Assembly: GCA_964016885.1 (NCBI GenBank)
Contig: OZ024762.1
Span: 18,910,001 to 18,974,000 of the forward strand
DNA: 64,000 nt
From: Eledone cirrhosa
Lineage: Eukaryota
Reading direction: 5' to 3'
The notes beneath the pieces are model-generated. The model did no database searches and was not told the DNA's origin. It saw only the letters and a program-made list of their open reading frames with translations. Positions 39,801-53,868 of this stretch are shown here, piece after piece. The position numbers and the translations under genes are program-made. How positions within the stretch are numbered: position 1 is the first letter of the stretch; every line of letters begins with the position of its first letter.

Positions 39801-42800
39801 ATATCAGAGACTCTAGATCTGACCTGTTCTGCTAGACTATCCTATGACAGCCCTATCAGAGACTCTAGATCTGACCTGTTCTGCTAGACTATCCTATGAC
39901 AGCCACATCAGAGACTCTAGATCTGACCTGTTCTGCTAGACTATCCTATGACAGCCCTATCAGAGGCTCTAGATCTGACCTGTTCTGCTAGATATCCTAT
40001 GACAGCCATACCAGAGACTCTAGGTCTGACCTGTTCTGCTAGACTATCCTATGACAGCCATATCTGAGACTCTAGATCTGACCTGTTCTGCTAGACTATC
40101 CTATGACAGCCATATCTGAGACTCTAGATCTGACCTGTTCTGCTAGACTATCCTATGACAGCCATATCAGAGGCTCTAGATCTGGCCTGTTCTTCTAGAT
40201 ATCCTATGACAGCCATATCAGAGGCTCTAGATCTGGCCTGTTCTGCTAGACTATCCTATGACAGCCATATCAGAGACTCTAGATCTGACCTGTTCTGCTA
40301 GATATCCTATGACAGCCACATCAGAGACTCTAGGTCTGACTTGTTCTGCTAGACTATCCTATGACAGCCATATCTGAGACTCTAGATCTGACCTGTTCTG
40401 CTAGACTATCCTATGATAGCCACATCAGAGCCTCTAGATCTGACCTATTGTGCTAGACTATCCTATGACAGCCATATCAGAGACTCTAGATCTGGCCTGT
40501 TCTGTTAGACTATCCTATGATAGCCATATCAGAGACTCTAGATCTGACCTGTTCTGCTAGACTATCCTATGACAGCCATATCAGAGACTCTAGATCTGAC
40601 CTGTTCTGCTAGACTATCCTATGACAGCCCTATCAGAGGCTCTAGATCTGACCTGTTCTGCTAGACTATCCTATGACAGCCATACCAGAGACTCTAGATC
40701 TGACCTGTTCTGCTAGATTATCCTATGACAGCCATATCAGAGACTCTAGATCTAACTTGTTCTGCTAGACTATCCTATGACAGCCATATCAGAGACTCTA
40801 GATCTGACCTGTTCTGCTAGACTATCCTATGACAGCCCTATCAGAGACTCTAGATCTGACCTGTTCTGCTAGACTATCCTATGACAGCCATATCAGAGAC
40901 TCTAGATCTGACCTGTTCTGTTAGACTATCCTATGGTAGCCATATCAGAGACTCTAGATCTGACCTGTTCTGCTAGACTATCCTATGACAGCCCTATCAG
41001 AGACTCTAGATCTGACCTGTTCTGCTAGACTATCCTATGACAGCCATATCAGAGACTCTAGATCTGACCTGTTCTGCTAGACTATCCTATGACAGCCCTA
41101 TCAGAGGCTCTAGATCTGACTTGTTCTGCTAGATATCCTATGACAGCCATACCAGAGACTCTAGGTCTGACCTGTTCTGCTAGACTATCCTATGACAGCC
41201 ATATCTGAGACTCTAGATCTGACCTGTTCTGCTAGACTATCCTATGACAGCCATATCTGAGACTCTAGATCTGACCTGTTCTGCTAGACTATCCTATGAC
41301 AGCCATATCAGAGGCTCTAGATCTGGCCTGTTCTTCTAGATATCCTATGACAGCCATATCAGAGGCTCTAGATCTGGCCTGTTCTGCTAGACTATCCTAT
41401 GACAGCCATATCAGAGACTCTAGATCTGACCTGTTCTGCTAGATATCCTATGACAGCCACATCAGAGACTCTAGGTCTGACTTGTTCTGCTAGACTATCC
41501 TATGACAGCCATATCTGAGACTCTAGATCTGACCTGTTCTGCTAGACTATCCTATGATAGCCACATCAGAGCCTCTAGATCTGACCTATTGTGCTAGACT
41601 ATCCTATGACAGCCATATCAGAGACTCTAGATCTGGCCTGTTCTGTTAGACTATCCTATGATAGCCATATCAGAGACTCTAGATCTGACCTGTTCTGCTA
41701 GACTATCCTATGACAGCCATATCAGAGACTCTAGATCTGACCTGTTCTGCTAGACTATCCTATGACAGCCCTATCAGAGGCTCTAGATCTGACCTGTTCT
41801 GCTAGACTATCCTATGACAGCCATACCAGAGACTCTAGATCTGACCTGTTCTGCTAGATTATCCTATGACAGCCATATCAGAGACTCTAGATCTAACTTG
41901 TTCTGCTAGACTATCCTATGACAGCCATATCAGAGACTCTAGATCTGACCTGTTCTGCTAGACTATCCTATGACAGCCCTATCAGAGACTCTAGATCTGA
42001 CCTGTTCTGCTAGACTATCCTATGACAGCCATATCAGAGACTCTAGATCTGACCTGTTCTGTTAGACTATCCTATGGTAGCCATATCAGAGACTCTAGAT
42101 CTGACCTGTTCTGCTAGACTATCCTATGACAGCCCTATCAGAGACTCTAGATCTGACCTGTTCTGCTAGACTATCCTATGACAGCCATATCAGAGACTCT
42201 AGATCTGACCTGTTCTGCTAGACTATCCTATGACAGCCCTATCAGAGGCTCTAGATCTGACCTGTTCTGCTAGATATCCTATGACAGCCATATCAGAGAC
42301 TCTAGATCTGACCTGTTCTGCTAGACTATCCTATGACAGCCATATCAGAGGCTCTAGATCTGACCTGTTCTGCTAGACTATCCTATGACAGCCATATCAG
42401 AGACTCTAGATCTGGCCTGTTCTGCTAGATATCCTATTACAGCCCTATCAGAGACTCTAGATCTGGCCTGTTCTGCTAGATATCCTATTACAGCCCTATA
42501 AGAGACTCTAGATCTGGCCTGTTCTGCTAGATATCCTATTACAGCCCTATCATAGACTCTAGATCTGACCTGTTCTGCTAGATATCCTATTACAGCCCTA
42601 TCAGAGACTCTAGATCTGGCCTGTTCTGCTAGATATCCTATTACAGCCCTATCAGAGACTCTAGATCTGGCCTGTTCTGCTAGATATCCTATTACAGCCC
42701 TATCAGAGACTCTAGATCTGGCCTGTTCTGCTAGATATCCTATGACAGCCATATCATAGACTCTAGATCTGACCTGTTCTGCTAGACTATCCTATGACAG

Positions 42801-43685
42801 CCATATCAGAGGCTCTAGATCTGACCTGTTCTGCTAGATATCCTATTACAGCCCTATCAGAGACTCTAGATCTGGCCTGTTCTGCTAGATATCCTATTAC
42901 AGCCCTATCATAGACTCTAGATCTGACCTGTTCTGCTAGATATCCTATTACAGCCCTATCAGAGACTCTAGATCTGGCCTGTTCTGCTAGATATCCTATT
43001 ACAGCCCTATCAGAGACTCTAGATCTGGCCTGTTCTGCTAGATATCCTATGACAGCCATATCAGAGACTCTAGATCTGACCTGTTCTGCTAGATATCCTA
43101 TGACAGCCATATCAGAGGCTCTAGATCTGACCTGTTCTGCTAGACTATCCTATGACAGCCATATCAGAGACTCTAGATCTGACCTGTTCTGCTAGACTAT
43201 CCTATGACAGCCATATCAGAGGCTCTAGATCTGACCTGTTCTGCTAGACTATCCTATGACAGCCATATCAGAGGCTCTAGATTTGACCTGTTCTGCTAGA
43301 CTATCCTATGACAGCCATATCAGAGACTCTAGATCTGACCTGTTCTGCTAGATATCCTATGACAGCCATACCAGAGACTCTAGATCTGACCTGTTCTGCT
43401 AGATATCCTATGACAGCCATATCATAGACTCTAGATCTGACCTGTTCTGCTAGACTATCCTATGACAGCCATATCAGAGGCTCTAGATCTGACCTGTTCT
43501 GCTAGATATCCTATGACAGCCATATCAGAGGCTCTAGATCTGACCTGTTCTGCTAGACTATCCTATGACAGCCATATCAGAGGCTCTAGATCTGGCCTGT
43601 TCTTCTAGATATCCTATGACAGCCATACCAGAGACTCTAGATCTGACCTGTTCTACAAGACTATCCTATAGTAGCCCTATCAGAG
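33899..43685. repeat. 51/52-bp satellite array (~9.8 kb, ~189 monomers) with higher-order repeats
   Basis: Monomer ctagatctgacctgttctgctaga(c)tatcctatgacagccatatcagagact; variant markers recur at 310, 1141 and 2955 bp. Confidence 0.97.
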
Positions 43686-44017
43686 TCACCTCGTGTAGGA
43701 TGTGGCCTTTACCACGAAGGTCGGTCTTCGAACTGAGAGAGGCTACGTGCTCAGCTTGAATGAGCATATACTGAACATCGTCAGATCGCTGAGTGGTATG
43801 TTCAACAGACACTCGGACACACGGGGACGCCACAAAAGACCACCCAGAGCCAACGAGTGAAATCTACTGTAACTCTGCACACACAAAAAAAGGGAAAAGA
43901 ACGCGTTAGGCAATGAAGGTGCCATATATACTGGCTTTAATAATAATAATTATTAGTTCTACTTTCCGACATGCATTGTTTATTCGGAAACTTGCCCCAA
44001 GATAACAACTACAATTG

Positions 44018-44222
44018 CGTGTGAGACGCAGTAGAGAACTGTTTGAATCTTCAATCAACTCGCAGACGATGCAAATCTCAGCAGAGAGCAGTTGACAGGA
44101 ACAAGGACATTGCCGAAGAAGTAAACAGGAAGTTATACACAAGTTTTACTATTGTGGGAACCAACTCGTGTGAGACGCAGTAGAGAACTGTTTCAATCTT
44201 CATCAATCAACTCTCAGACGAT
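44018..44222. repeat. Dispersed direct repeat of about 55 bp, 149 bp apart
   Basis: cgtgtgagacgcagtagagaactgttt.aatcttca at 44018 and 44167. Confidence 0.8.
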
Positions 44223-44669
44223 ACAATCACACACACAGACACACACAGACACACACACACACATACACATACACACACACAGACACATACACACAGTGTT
44301 GATTTTTAAACTGACTTACGGGGATTTATACACACACACACAAATACACAAACACACTGACACACACTGACACACACACACACACACACACGCAGACACA
44401 CGCAGATACACACATACACACACACATACACACACATACACACACACACACACACACAGACAGACGCACACACGCACACAGAGCCAGACACAGACACACA
44501 CACACTGATACACACTGACACACACTGACACACACAAACAAACAAACACATACACGCATATACACACACACACAGACAGACAGACAGACACACAGACACA
44601 CACACAGACAAAGACACACACACATACAGGCAGACAGACAGACAGACAGACAGACAGACATACAGAGCA

Positions 44670-44970
44670 TTAATCCCGCCGAGGTTAACTTTGCCTTTCA
44701 TCCTTACGGGGTCGATAAAATAAAGTACCAGTAATACACTGGGAAATTGCTGGCCTTGTGCCAAAAGTAGAAACAATTATGTTTTAATTGGCAGTATCGG
44801 TAGAGGGTTGGACGCCATGCTTTGATGCATAGAGTTACGGCCCTTGCCATTCTGAGTTCAAATCCCGCCTAGGTTAACTTTGCCTTTCATCCTTACGGGG
44901 TCGATAAAATAAAGTACCAGTAATGCACTGGGATAATTGCTGGCCTTGTGCCAAACGTAGAAACAAGTAT
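44670..44970 (+). mobile_element. Two tandem SINE copies
   Basis: Core and tail at 44670-44780; near-full copy at 44787-44968. Confidence 0.9.
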
Positions 44971-45128
44971 GTTTTGTCTCTCAGTCAACAAGTTAATCAA
45001 TAGTTAATACCCGTGGAGAAAATACTTTTATGTCCAAATATTCTCTTTTCTTCCTGAAACAATCTTTAAGTCAGATATTGGACCATTTCTTCATAATTAC
45101 TTTCTTTGTTTTATCCCTTTATTTTTGG

Positions 45129-45180
<52 letters not shown>

Positions 45181-45404
45181 TTCATCCTTTCATCCTTTCA
45201 TCCTTTCTTTCTTTCTCTCTCTCTCTCTCTATTTATTTATTTATTTCTCTCTCTCTTTCTCTCTCTCTTTCCTTCTTTCTTTCGTTCCTTCTTTCTCCCT
45301 TTCTTTCTCTGTTTTCTCCGCCCTGTTATCTCCTCCCCCCCTTATCTTGTGTAGATTAAACAACTATTTGGTGCCCTTCTCTCACCCTCCCTTTCCAGTA
45401 CCCA

Positions 45405-45830
45405 CCATCCAATCACCCAACCAACCAGCCAGCCACCCAACCAGACAGCCAGCCACCCACGCAGCCAACCAACCACCCAACCAACCAGCCAGCCACTCAA
45501 CCAACCAACCAACCAGTCAACCCAACCACCCAACCAACCACTCAGCCAGCCACCCAACCAACCACTCAGCCAGCCACCCAGCCACCCAACCACCCAGCCA
45601 CCCAACCAACCACTCAGCCAGCCAGCCACCCAACCAACCAACCAGCCAGCCACACACCAACCATCCAACCAGCCACCCCACCCATCCAACCACCCACCCA
45701 ACCACCCCAACCAACCACCCAACCAGCCACCCAACCAGCCAGCCAGCCACCCAACCAACCAACCACCCACCCAACCAACCAACCAACCACCCAACCAACC
45801 AACCAGCCACACACCAACCATCCAACCACC
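45405..45830. repeat. (CCAA)/(CCAG)/(CCAC) compound tetranucleotide array
   Basis: Direct inspection. Confidence 0.9.
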
Positions 45831-46322
45831 TTAACTTCATTCCATCCACCTCACACCTCTCAAAGTTACTGTTGTGCATCTTTAAAAAAAAAAGCCCTCA
45901 GTTCTCTCCCTTCCCTCTCTTTTTTTCTTCACTTCTCCTTTTTCTTCTACCTAACTTAATGTTCTAATCCCCTCCTCCCCCCTCTCATCTTTCTCTTTCC
46001 TCCCTCTCTCTCTCTCTCCTCCCTCTCTCTCTCTCTCCCTCTCCCTCCTCTCTCTCTCTCTCTCTTTCTCTCCTATTTATGATCAACAATCCTCTAGAAA
46101 CTTCTTTTGTCTGATTTCGTTTCGTTTCTTTCCTCCCTTCTGACTTTTATATGTTTCTTCAAGTTATTACCTTTTGTTTCGTTACGTCTGTTGTTCCGTT
46201 CTCACTTTTCATTATCCCTTGCCGTTTCATCTCTTTCCGGCTTGTCGAAGTTAATTCTCTTATTGACGAGATTAGACGCCATTTAATCATTTAATCATAC
46301 AGCTTTTCCCTCCCCCTTCCTA

Positions 46323-46353
<31 letters not shown>

Positions 46354-46387
46354 CTATCTATATCTCTCTCTCTCTCCTACATAATTA

Positions 46388-46500
46388 TTTCTACTTTTGG
46401 CACAAGGCCAGCAATTATCCCAGTGCATTACTGCTACTTTATTTTATCGACCCCGTAAGGATGAAAGGCAAAGTTAACCTCGACGGGATTTGAACTCAGA
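46388..46500 (-). mobile_element. tRNA-derived SINE, 5'-truncated
   Basis: Reverse complement of tail, core and B-box. Confidence 0.88.
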
Positions 46501-46514
46501 CCATAATGTTGCTC

Positions 46515-47000
46515 TACTCTTCTTCTTGTTGTTCTTCTATCAGAATCAACTGTCACGCTAAGCGAGACTAATCTAGGTTATATCTTACCCGTGGCCTACC
46601 CCTGGGTCTCCTATCGGTTGGCTTTGCTCAAAACTTCCGTCCCACGCTTCTTTCCTTAGACATTCTAACCACATGTCCATAGAATCGAAACTATGATCTC
46701 TCGATGTGGAAAAGTAACGCCTTTACCTGGAGTGACTGTCTAAGCTACACACTGTATTGAGTAATGTTACTCCATAAATACTTAGGAGGAACCCCAGTTT
46801 CAGCCGCTTATATTTGCAATCGTATTCTTTCGGTCATTACCCAAGTTTCATGACCATAGGTAAGGTTTAGCACGAATATCGAATTGAAGATAGCGAGTTC
46901 GTCTTTTACACCTACCTCCCTTCTGGTGACAGAGTGCTGTAGCTGGCACTTTACTGCACCAACTGCAGCGATTCTTGCATTTAATTCAGCCTCTTACCTT
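46515..47000 (-). mobile_element. RTE (Expander/Rex3-like) LINE ORF fragment
   Basis: Minus translation EAELNARIAAVGAV...LAIFNSIFVLNLTYGHETWVMTERIRLQI*AAE...IERS..FYGHVVRM...RRPRGRP. Confidence 0.88.
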
Positions 47001-47023
47001 TCTGACCCTCATAAAAATGAAAA

Positions 47024-47079
<56 letters not shown>

Positions 47080-47572
47080 GAAATACAGAAAAAAAAAAAC
47101 AGGCAAACAAAATGAATGATCTTAACTAAAGTTACGACGTAATCTCGCGGTATTCTATCTCAAAAACAAATTCAAAATGGCTCCCAGTTTGCGTTCTTCT
47201 CATCTCATGTGAAAGAAATTAGGAACGGCCGAGCCGACCAAATAAAAAGAATCTGCTACTTGATTTTCAAAGCATGCCTAGACAGAGGTCTTTTCAAAAC
47301 AACCAATAAATAGTGTATTGGTTTAAAAGAAATTAATTCGACCATCAATTTTATAACTAGAATGTAAGGGAGGGGAGATCAAAGACTTGACCAAAAGGAA
47401 ATATTGCATTGATTTTTACATGTAATGCTTTTGAAGACTCTAAGAGGGAACGAGATCCAGTTTAGTCACATTCAAACTATTCGGTGAGTTTCTTATGAAA
47501 TAGTTCTCTAACTCTCTACTTAGTACGTAGTTTCGCATCAAAATATATAGATATCTATCTTATGATATTTAA

Positions 47573-47619
<47 letters not shown>

Positions 47620-47704
47620 ATATCTATCACGTTTTTATTGTATGTAAACTTCCCCCTTTGTATTTGTCCCCTTCTTTTGTGCCCCTGTGGCTAATAAAGA
47701 AACA

Positions 47705-47739
<35 letters not shown>

Positions 47740-49061
47740 ACGTACAGACATATATAATACACAAACACATAGGTACATACATACAGACGTATAAACATAT
47801 ATACCTACTCATACATACATATATACATACGTACATACATACATGTGCATATATATATATATATGTGTGTGTGTATGTGTGGGTATATATATATATATGT
47901 GTGTGTGTTTGTGTGTGTGTCAGTCTTAAGCCAGAAGGCTCATTTAGCCGGTGCTTATCCCGGTTTCAGCTGAGTATACTGGAGCAACGTGAAATGAAGA
48001 GTTTTGCTCAAGAACACAACACGCAACCCAAGAATCGAAACCAGGCATTACCAATAGGCCACGTGCCTTCATCTCAGTGTGTATATATATGTATATATAT
48101 ATATGTGTGTTTGTGCATGTAAGTGTGTGTTTGAGCATGTGTGTTTTGAGTGTGTGTGTGTGTTAGTATGTATGAGTGTCAGTGTGTGTGTGTTAGTGTG
48201 TATGAGTGTCAGTGTGTGTGTAGATATATATATGTATGTGTGTGTATTTGTGCGTGTGTTTGTGTGTGTATGTGTGTGTATGCATGCGTGTGTGTGTGTG
48301 TGTGTGTACGTGCGTGTGTGTGTGTGTGATTGTGCATGTGTGTGAATGTGCGTGTGTATGTGTGTGTGTTTGTGCGTGTGAATGTGCATGTGTGTGAATG
48401 TGCGTGTGTGTGTGTTTGTGCGTGTGAATGTGTGTGCGTGTGCGTGTGTATGCGTGTGTGTGTTTGTGTGTGTGTGTGTAGATATAAAATCGTAGATAGG
48501 AGACATTGTATTACAAAGTAAAACAATGATCATTTCCTGGTTGTGCTAGTGTTTAGATAGTAAATGGTATCAGACGTAAATATCGTTGGATATATCCGTT
48601 TTATGATAAATGTAACTAAAAAATTAATTAGAATAATGAATGTGTTAGATGGTGGTGGTCGTGGTGGTGGTGATGGCGGTGGTGGTGATGGTGGTGATGG
48701 CGGTGGTGGTGATGGCAGCAGTGGTGGTGGCGGTTGAGGTGATAGTGGTGGTGGTGGTGTTTGCCGTGGTAGTGGTCGTGGTGGTGATGGTGGTTGTGTT
48801 GATGGCAGTGGTGGTGGCAGTGGTGTTGATAGTGGTGGTGATAGTGCTGGTGGTGGTATGGTAGTGGTGGTGATAGTGTTGTGGGGATAGTGGTGGTGCT
48901 GATGGTGGTGATGATGTTGGTGGTGTGGGGCTTAAATAGCAAAACAAAATGCCGTTTATCACTAGAGAAACCAAAATAGTTATAAATCATTTCGTATCGA
49001 TCTGGCTTCGTATTTGTTTACTTTTCATATTTAATTAAAACTTGAAAAATTTTTTTTCTTC

Positions 49062-49390
49062 TCTGTCTCTCTCCCTTCCACTCTAACGTCCTCTCTCTCC
49101 CTCTCTCTCTCCCTCTCTCTCTCCCTCCATCTCCCTCTCTCTCTCCCTCCATCTCTCCCTCCATCCCTCCCTCTCCCTCTCTGTCTCCCTCCCTCTCCCT
49201 CTCTGTCTCCCTCCCTCTCCCTCTCTGTCTCCCTCCCTCTCCCTCTCTCTCCCTCTCCCTCTCTCTCCCTCTCTCTCCATCTCTCTCCATCTTTCTCTCT
49301 CTCCATCTCTCTCTCTCTCTCTCTCTGCCTCTCTCTCTCTCCATCTCTCTCTCTCTCTCCATCTCTCTCTCTCTCTCTCCATCTCTCTCT

Positions 49391-49446
<56 letters not shown>

Positions 49447-49700
49447 ATCTCTCTCTCTCTCCCTCTCTCCATCTCTCTCTCTCCCTCTCTCTCCCTCTCT
49501 CCATATCTCTCCATCTCTCTCTCTCCCTCTCTCTCCATCTCTCTCTCCATATCTCTCCATCTCTCTCTCTCCCTCTCTCTCCATCTCTCTCTCCCTCTCT
49601 CTCCATCTCTCTCTCCCTCTCTCCCTCTCTCTCCATCTCTCTCTCCCTCTCTCCCTCTCTCTCCATCTCTCTCTCTATCTCTCTCCATCTCTCTCTCTCT
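49062..49700. repeat. (CT)n/(CCAT) polypyrimidine tract
   Basis: Direct inspection. Confidence 0.95.
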
Positions 49701-50395
49701 ATATATATATATATACACACACACACACATACACATATATATATATATATGTGTATATGTATGTATATATATATATATATATGCTTAATGTATTTCGTAA
49801 AATAATGCAGCAATCATTTATCTCCTAGATTTACTGTATGTAAAGGCCAGTAACTCCTAATGGAGTCGCAGGGGCGCCGTACTGACATACATCGTGTTTT
49901 GGGCACTTTCAATCTGGTCTTGTCCAACCCCTCTCCCGAGTCTGAACACACTCGATGTTTGAGGAAACGAAGATAAAAGGTGATGGGGAGTAATAGTGGA
50001 TGTCAGAATGAATTATATAGGAGGAGTTATTCCCAGTCCCTACATATATAGTGTATATTTTGTGTGTATATATGGTCAAGTTAACCAGGAGTGTACTAAC
50101 TGCTTTTTCTAGCAAATATGTTACTCGTTCACTGTCCACCTTACTACCTTTCTGTGACTACCGTATCACATGTTAATTCCTCCCTCCGCCATTTGAGATT
50201 TTTCTCATTTGGAACGAACGAGTCAAGAAAGAGTCCTTTTTTCTGAGGGGCCTTTTGATAATCCGTATCAACCTCACAGCGATGATGCATCATTATAGTG
50301 CAGGAAACGTTGAACACGGATCGGCGAAACTGCAGTCGGGACTTTGAAAAAAAATAGGTATATTTTTGTCTATTATTTCCTCATATTTTGTAATT

Positions 50396-50524
<129 letters not shown>

Positions 50525-50679
50525 CGCGGAACAGCTCAAATACTCAGGAGTGTGCTAAAAAAATAAAGGGTGTTACCTCAGTTCACTGGTAGTGAACAGC
50601 TAACACTATAATTTCCAACGTTAGTAGCTGAGCGAAGAAACAACAACAACAATAATAATAATAGTGGTTTCTTAAATAG

Positions 50680-50790
50680 ACCCCAGTGCATTACTGGTCC
50701 TTTATTTTATCGACCCCGTAAGGATGAAAGGAAAAGTTAACCTCTCATGCTTACGGGGTCGATAAAATAAAGTACCAGTAATACATTAGG
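50680..50790. mobile_element. Inverted SINE core pair
   Basis: Minus core at 50683-50743 is joined to a plus core ttacggggtcgataaaataaagtaccag at 50751-50785. Confidence 0.75.
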
Positions 50791-51168
50791 ATAATAATAA
50801 CAAGGAAGAAACAAAGAAAGAAGAAAAAACAAAGAAGAAGTCAGGAAGAAAGCAAAGAAGAAGAAGGCAAAGAAGAAGAAGAAGCCTTCGGAAATTATTT
50901 TAAATCATAAAAACCTTCAGAGAAATGCAGAAAAGCATAAATAATTCTCTAGGACATATAACTAATCGAAACAAACAGGAAAATATGACTGTTAGGCTCG
51001 GCAAGTATATGACAAGAGAATATGCAAAACTATAAATAAAACATTGCACATACCCAAGGCGCATAGAGCTACGCTCAGGAGTTTAATGAAAGCATGAAAA
51101 GAAAAATGAGACAACTGAAGTAACTACAATAATAATATAATAAATGCAAATCTTTCACTGTATATTCA

Positions 51169-51212
<44 letters not shown>

Positions 51213-51317
51213 TCTCTGAGGGCAGAGTTTTCTGCTTACCTTATATCGTGTTTTCGTGTTGGTTTAGCTCTTTTGGATTGTATACTATTTTATGTATATC
51301 TACAAAGGCGTGTTATA

Positions 51318-51408
<91 letters not shown>

Positions 51409-51467
51409 CTCACACACACACTCACACACACACACACACACAGGCTCACTCACATACACACACACTC

Positions 51468-52211
51468 CGCGGTGTGGCGGGGCGGTGTGGCAGAGGAGCG
51501 GTGTGGCGGAGGAGCTTGGGGAAGCGGTGTGGCGGAGGAGTTTGGAGGAACGGTGTGGCGGAGGAGTTTGGAGGAACGGTGTGGCGGAGGAGCTTGGGGG
51601 AGCGGTGTGGCGGAGGAGCTTGGGGAAGCGGTGTGGCGGAGGGGCTTGGGAGGGCGGAGGAGCTTGGGAGAGGGGAGGTGCTTGGGAGAGCGGTGTGGCG
51701 GAGGAGTTTGGAGGAACGGTGTGGCGGAGGAGCTTGGGAGAGGGGAGGAGCTTGGGGGAGCGGTGTGGCGGAGGAGCTTGGGAGAGCGGTGTGGCAGAGG
51801 AGCTTGGGAGAGCGGTGTGGCGGAGGAGTTTGGAGGAACGGTGTGGCGGAGGAGCTTGGGAGAGGGGAGGAGCTTGGGGGAGCGGTGTGGCGGAGGAGCT
51901 TGGGAGAGCGGTGTGGCGGAGGAGTTTGGAGGAACGGTGTGGCGGAGGAGCTTGGGAGAGGGGAGGAGCTTGGGGGAGCGGTGTGGCGGAGGAGTTTGGA
52001 GGAACGGTGTGGCGGAGGAGCTTGGGAGAGGGGAGGAGCTTGGGGGAGCGGTGTGGCGGAGCTGTGTGGCGGAGCAGCTTGGGGGAGCGGTGTGGCGGAG
52101 GAGTTTGGAGGAACGGTGTGGCGGAGGAGCTTGGGAGAGGGAAGGAGCTTGGGGGAGCGGTGTGGCGGAGCTGTGTGGCGGAGCAGCTTGGGGGAGCGGT
52201 GTGGCAGAGGA
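51468..52211. repeat. G-rich minisatellite (~25-26 bp, gcggtgtggcggaggag(c/t)ttgg...)
   Basis: Three or four interleaved unit variants; extreme G/C strand skew. Confidence 0.92.
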
Positions 52212-52580
52212 TGGATACTAACACAAACATTTGATTACTAACTCTCAGTGTACTGGGAACAACTGTACAAATATGACTGTGTGTGTGTGGGTGTGGGTGT
52301 GGGTGTGTGTGTGTGTGTGAGTATGTGAGTATGTGTGTGTGTGTGTTTCTGTGTGAGATGTCTTTTCTGTGACATATGTATATACATGTAAATATATTTA
52401 TATATGTACACACACACATACATATTTATATATGCATATATATAAGTATATATATAAATGTGTGTGTATATATAAGTATATAAATGTGTGTGTATATATA
52501 TATATATATATATAAATGTGTGTGTATATATATATATGTATATACATATATATTTATATATATATACATATATATATATT

Positions 52581-52615
<35 letters not shown>

Positions 52616-52697
52616 ATATCTATATATATATTTATATATTAAATATATATATATATATATATTTAATATATTTATAAATGTATGAACATATATGTAA

Positions 52698-52759
<62 letters not shown>

Positions 52760-53000
52760 ATATATATATATTATATATTATATATATATATTATATATTA
52801 TATATATATATATATTTAATATATTTATAAATGTATGAACATATATGTACACACACACGTATATATACATATATATATATATATATTTAATATATTTATA
52901 AATGTATAAATATATATATATACACACACGTATATATATATATATATATATATATATTTAATATATTTATAAATGTATGAATATATATATATACACACAC

Positions 53001-53047
<47 letters not shown>

Positions 53048-53088
53048 ATATATTTATAAATGTATGAATATATATATATACACACACG

Positions 53089-53150
<62 letters not shown>

Positions 53151-53191
53151 ATATATTTATAAATGTATGAATATATATATATACACACACG

Positions 53192-53237
<46 letters not shown>

Positions 53238-53394
53238 ATATATTTATAAATGTATGAATATATATATATACACACACGTATATATATATAATATATATAT
53301 GGAGAGTGTATGTAAAATAGTCACTTACATATCCTGTGTATAAAGGATATGTTTGCGGCAAGGAAAGGCTATATGTATACACAAGATGTGACAG

Positions 53395-53456
<62 letters not shown>

Positions 53457-53642
53457 CTGTGTGTGTAATCCTAGATGTGTGTTTGTGTGTGTATGTGGGT
53501 CTGTTAGAAAATGTGTCTATTGGTTACGTATATACTGGTGTCCTCGTGTGTGTTTGATTGCATACATTTGTATAAATACAAACAGAAATGTATGTATATG
53601 CACACATACACGTAACTACTTGTACACATACATGTAACTACT

Positions 53643-53675
<33 letters not shown>

Positions 53676-53721
53676 ATCCAAAGAGTACTCGATACTTGGG
53701 GTAGTTGAGTATGCTTATAAT

Positions 53722-53833
53722 ATATAGAGTCAGGACCCGACCATTGAGCTCTTGCCGTTTCAATAGCTAGTTCCACACACAGAACTAGCTTTTGAAACGG
53801 CAAGAGCTCAACCGTAGGGTCCTGACACTTTAT
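53722..53833. mobile_element. Short fold-back element (~50-bp arms), same family as 55192-55466
   Basis: gtcaggaccc...ttgagctcttgccgtttcaa.agctagttc / gaactagct.ttgaaacggcaagagctcaa...gggtcctgac; preceded by agtactcgatacttggggtagt, as at 55160. Confidence 0.8.
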
Positions 53834-53837
53834 AATA

Positions 53838-53868
<31 letters not shown>

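Noticed and set aside
33899-43685. CRISPR-like array or 17-aa repeat protein (MAVIGYLAEQVRSRVSD)
   Set aside because: There are no unique spacers, the DNA is eukaryotic, and the 52-bp units shift frame and introduce stops.
51144-52419. Gly/Arg- or Pro-rich ORFs
   Set aside because: Minisatellite plus (CA)n, open in several frames.
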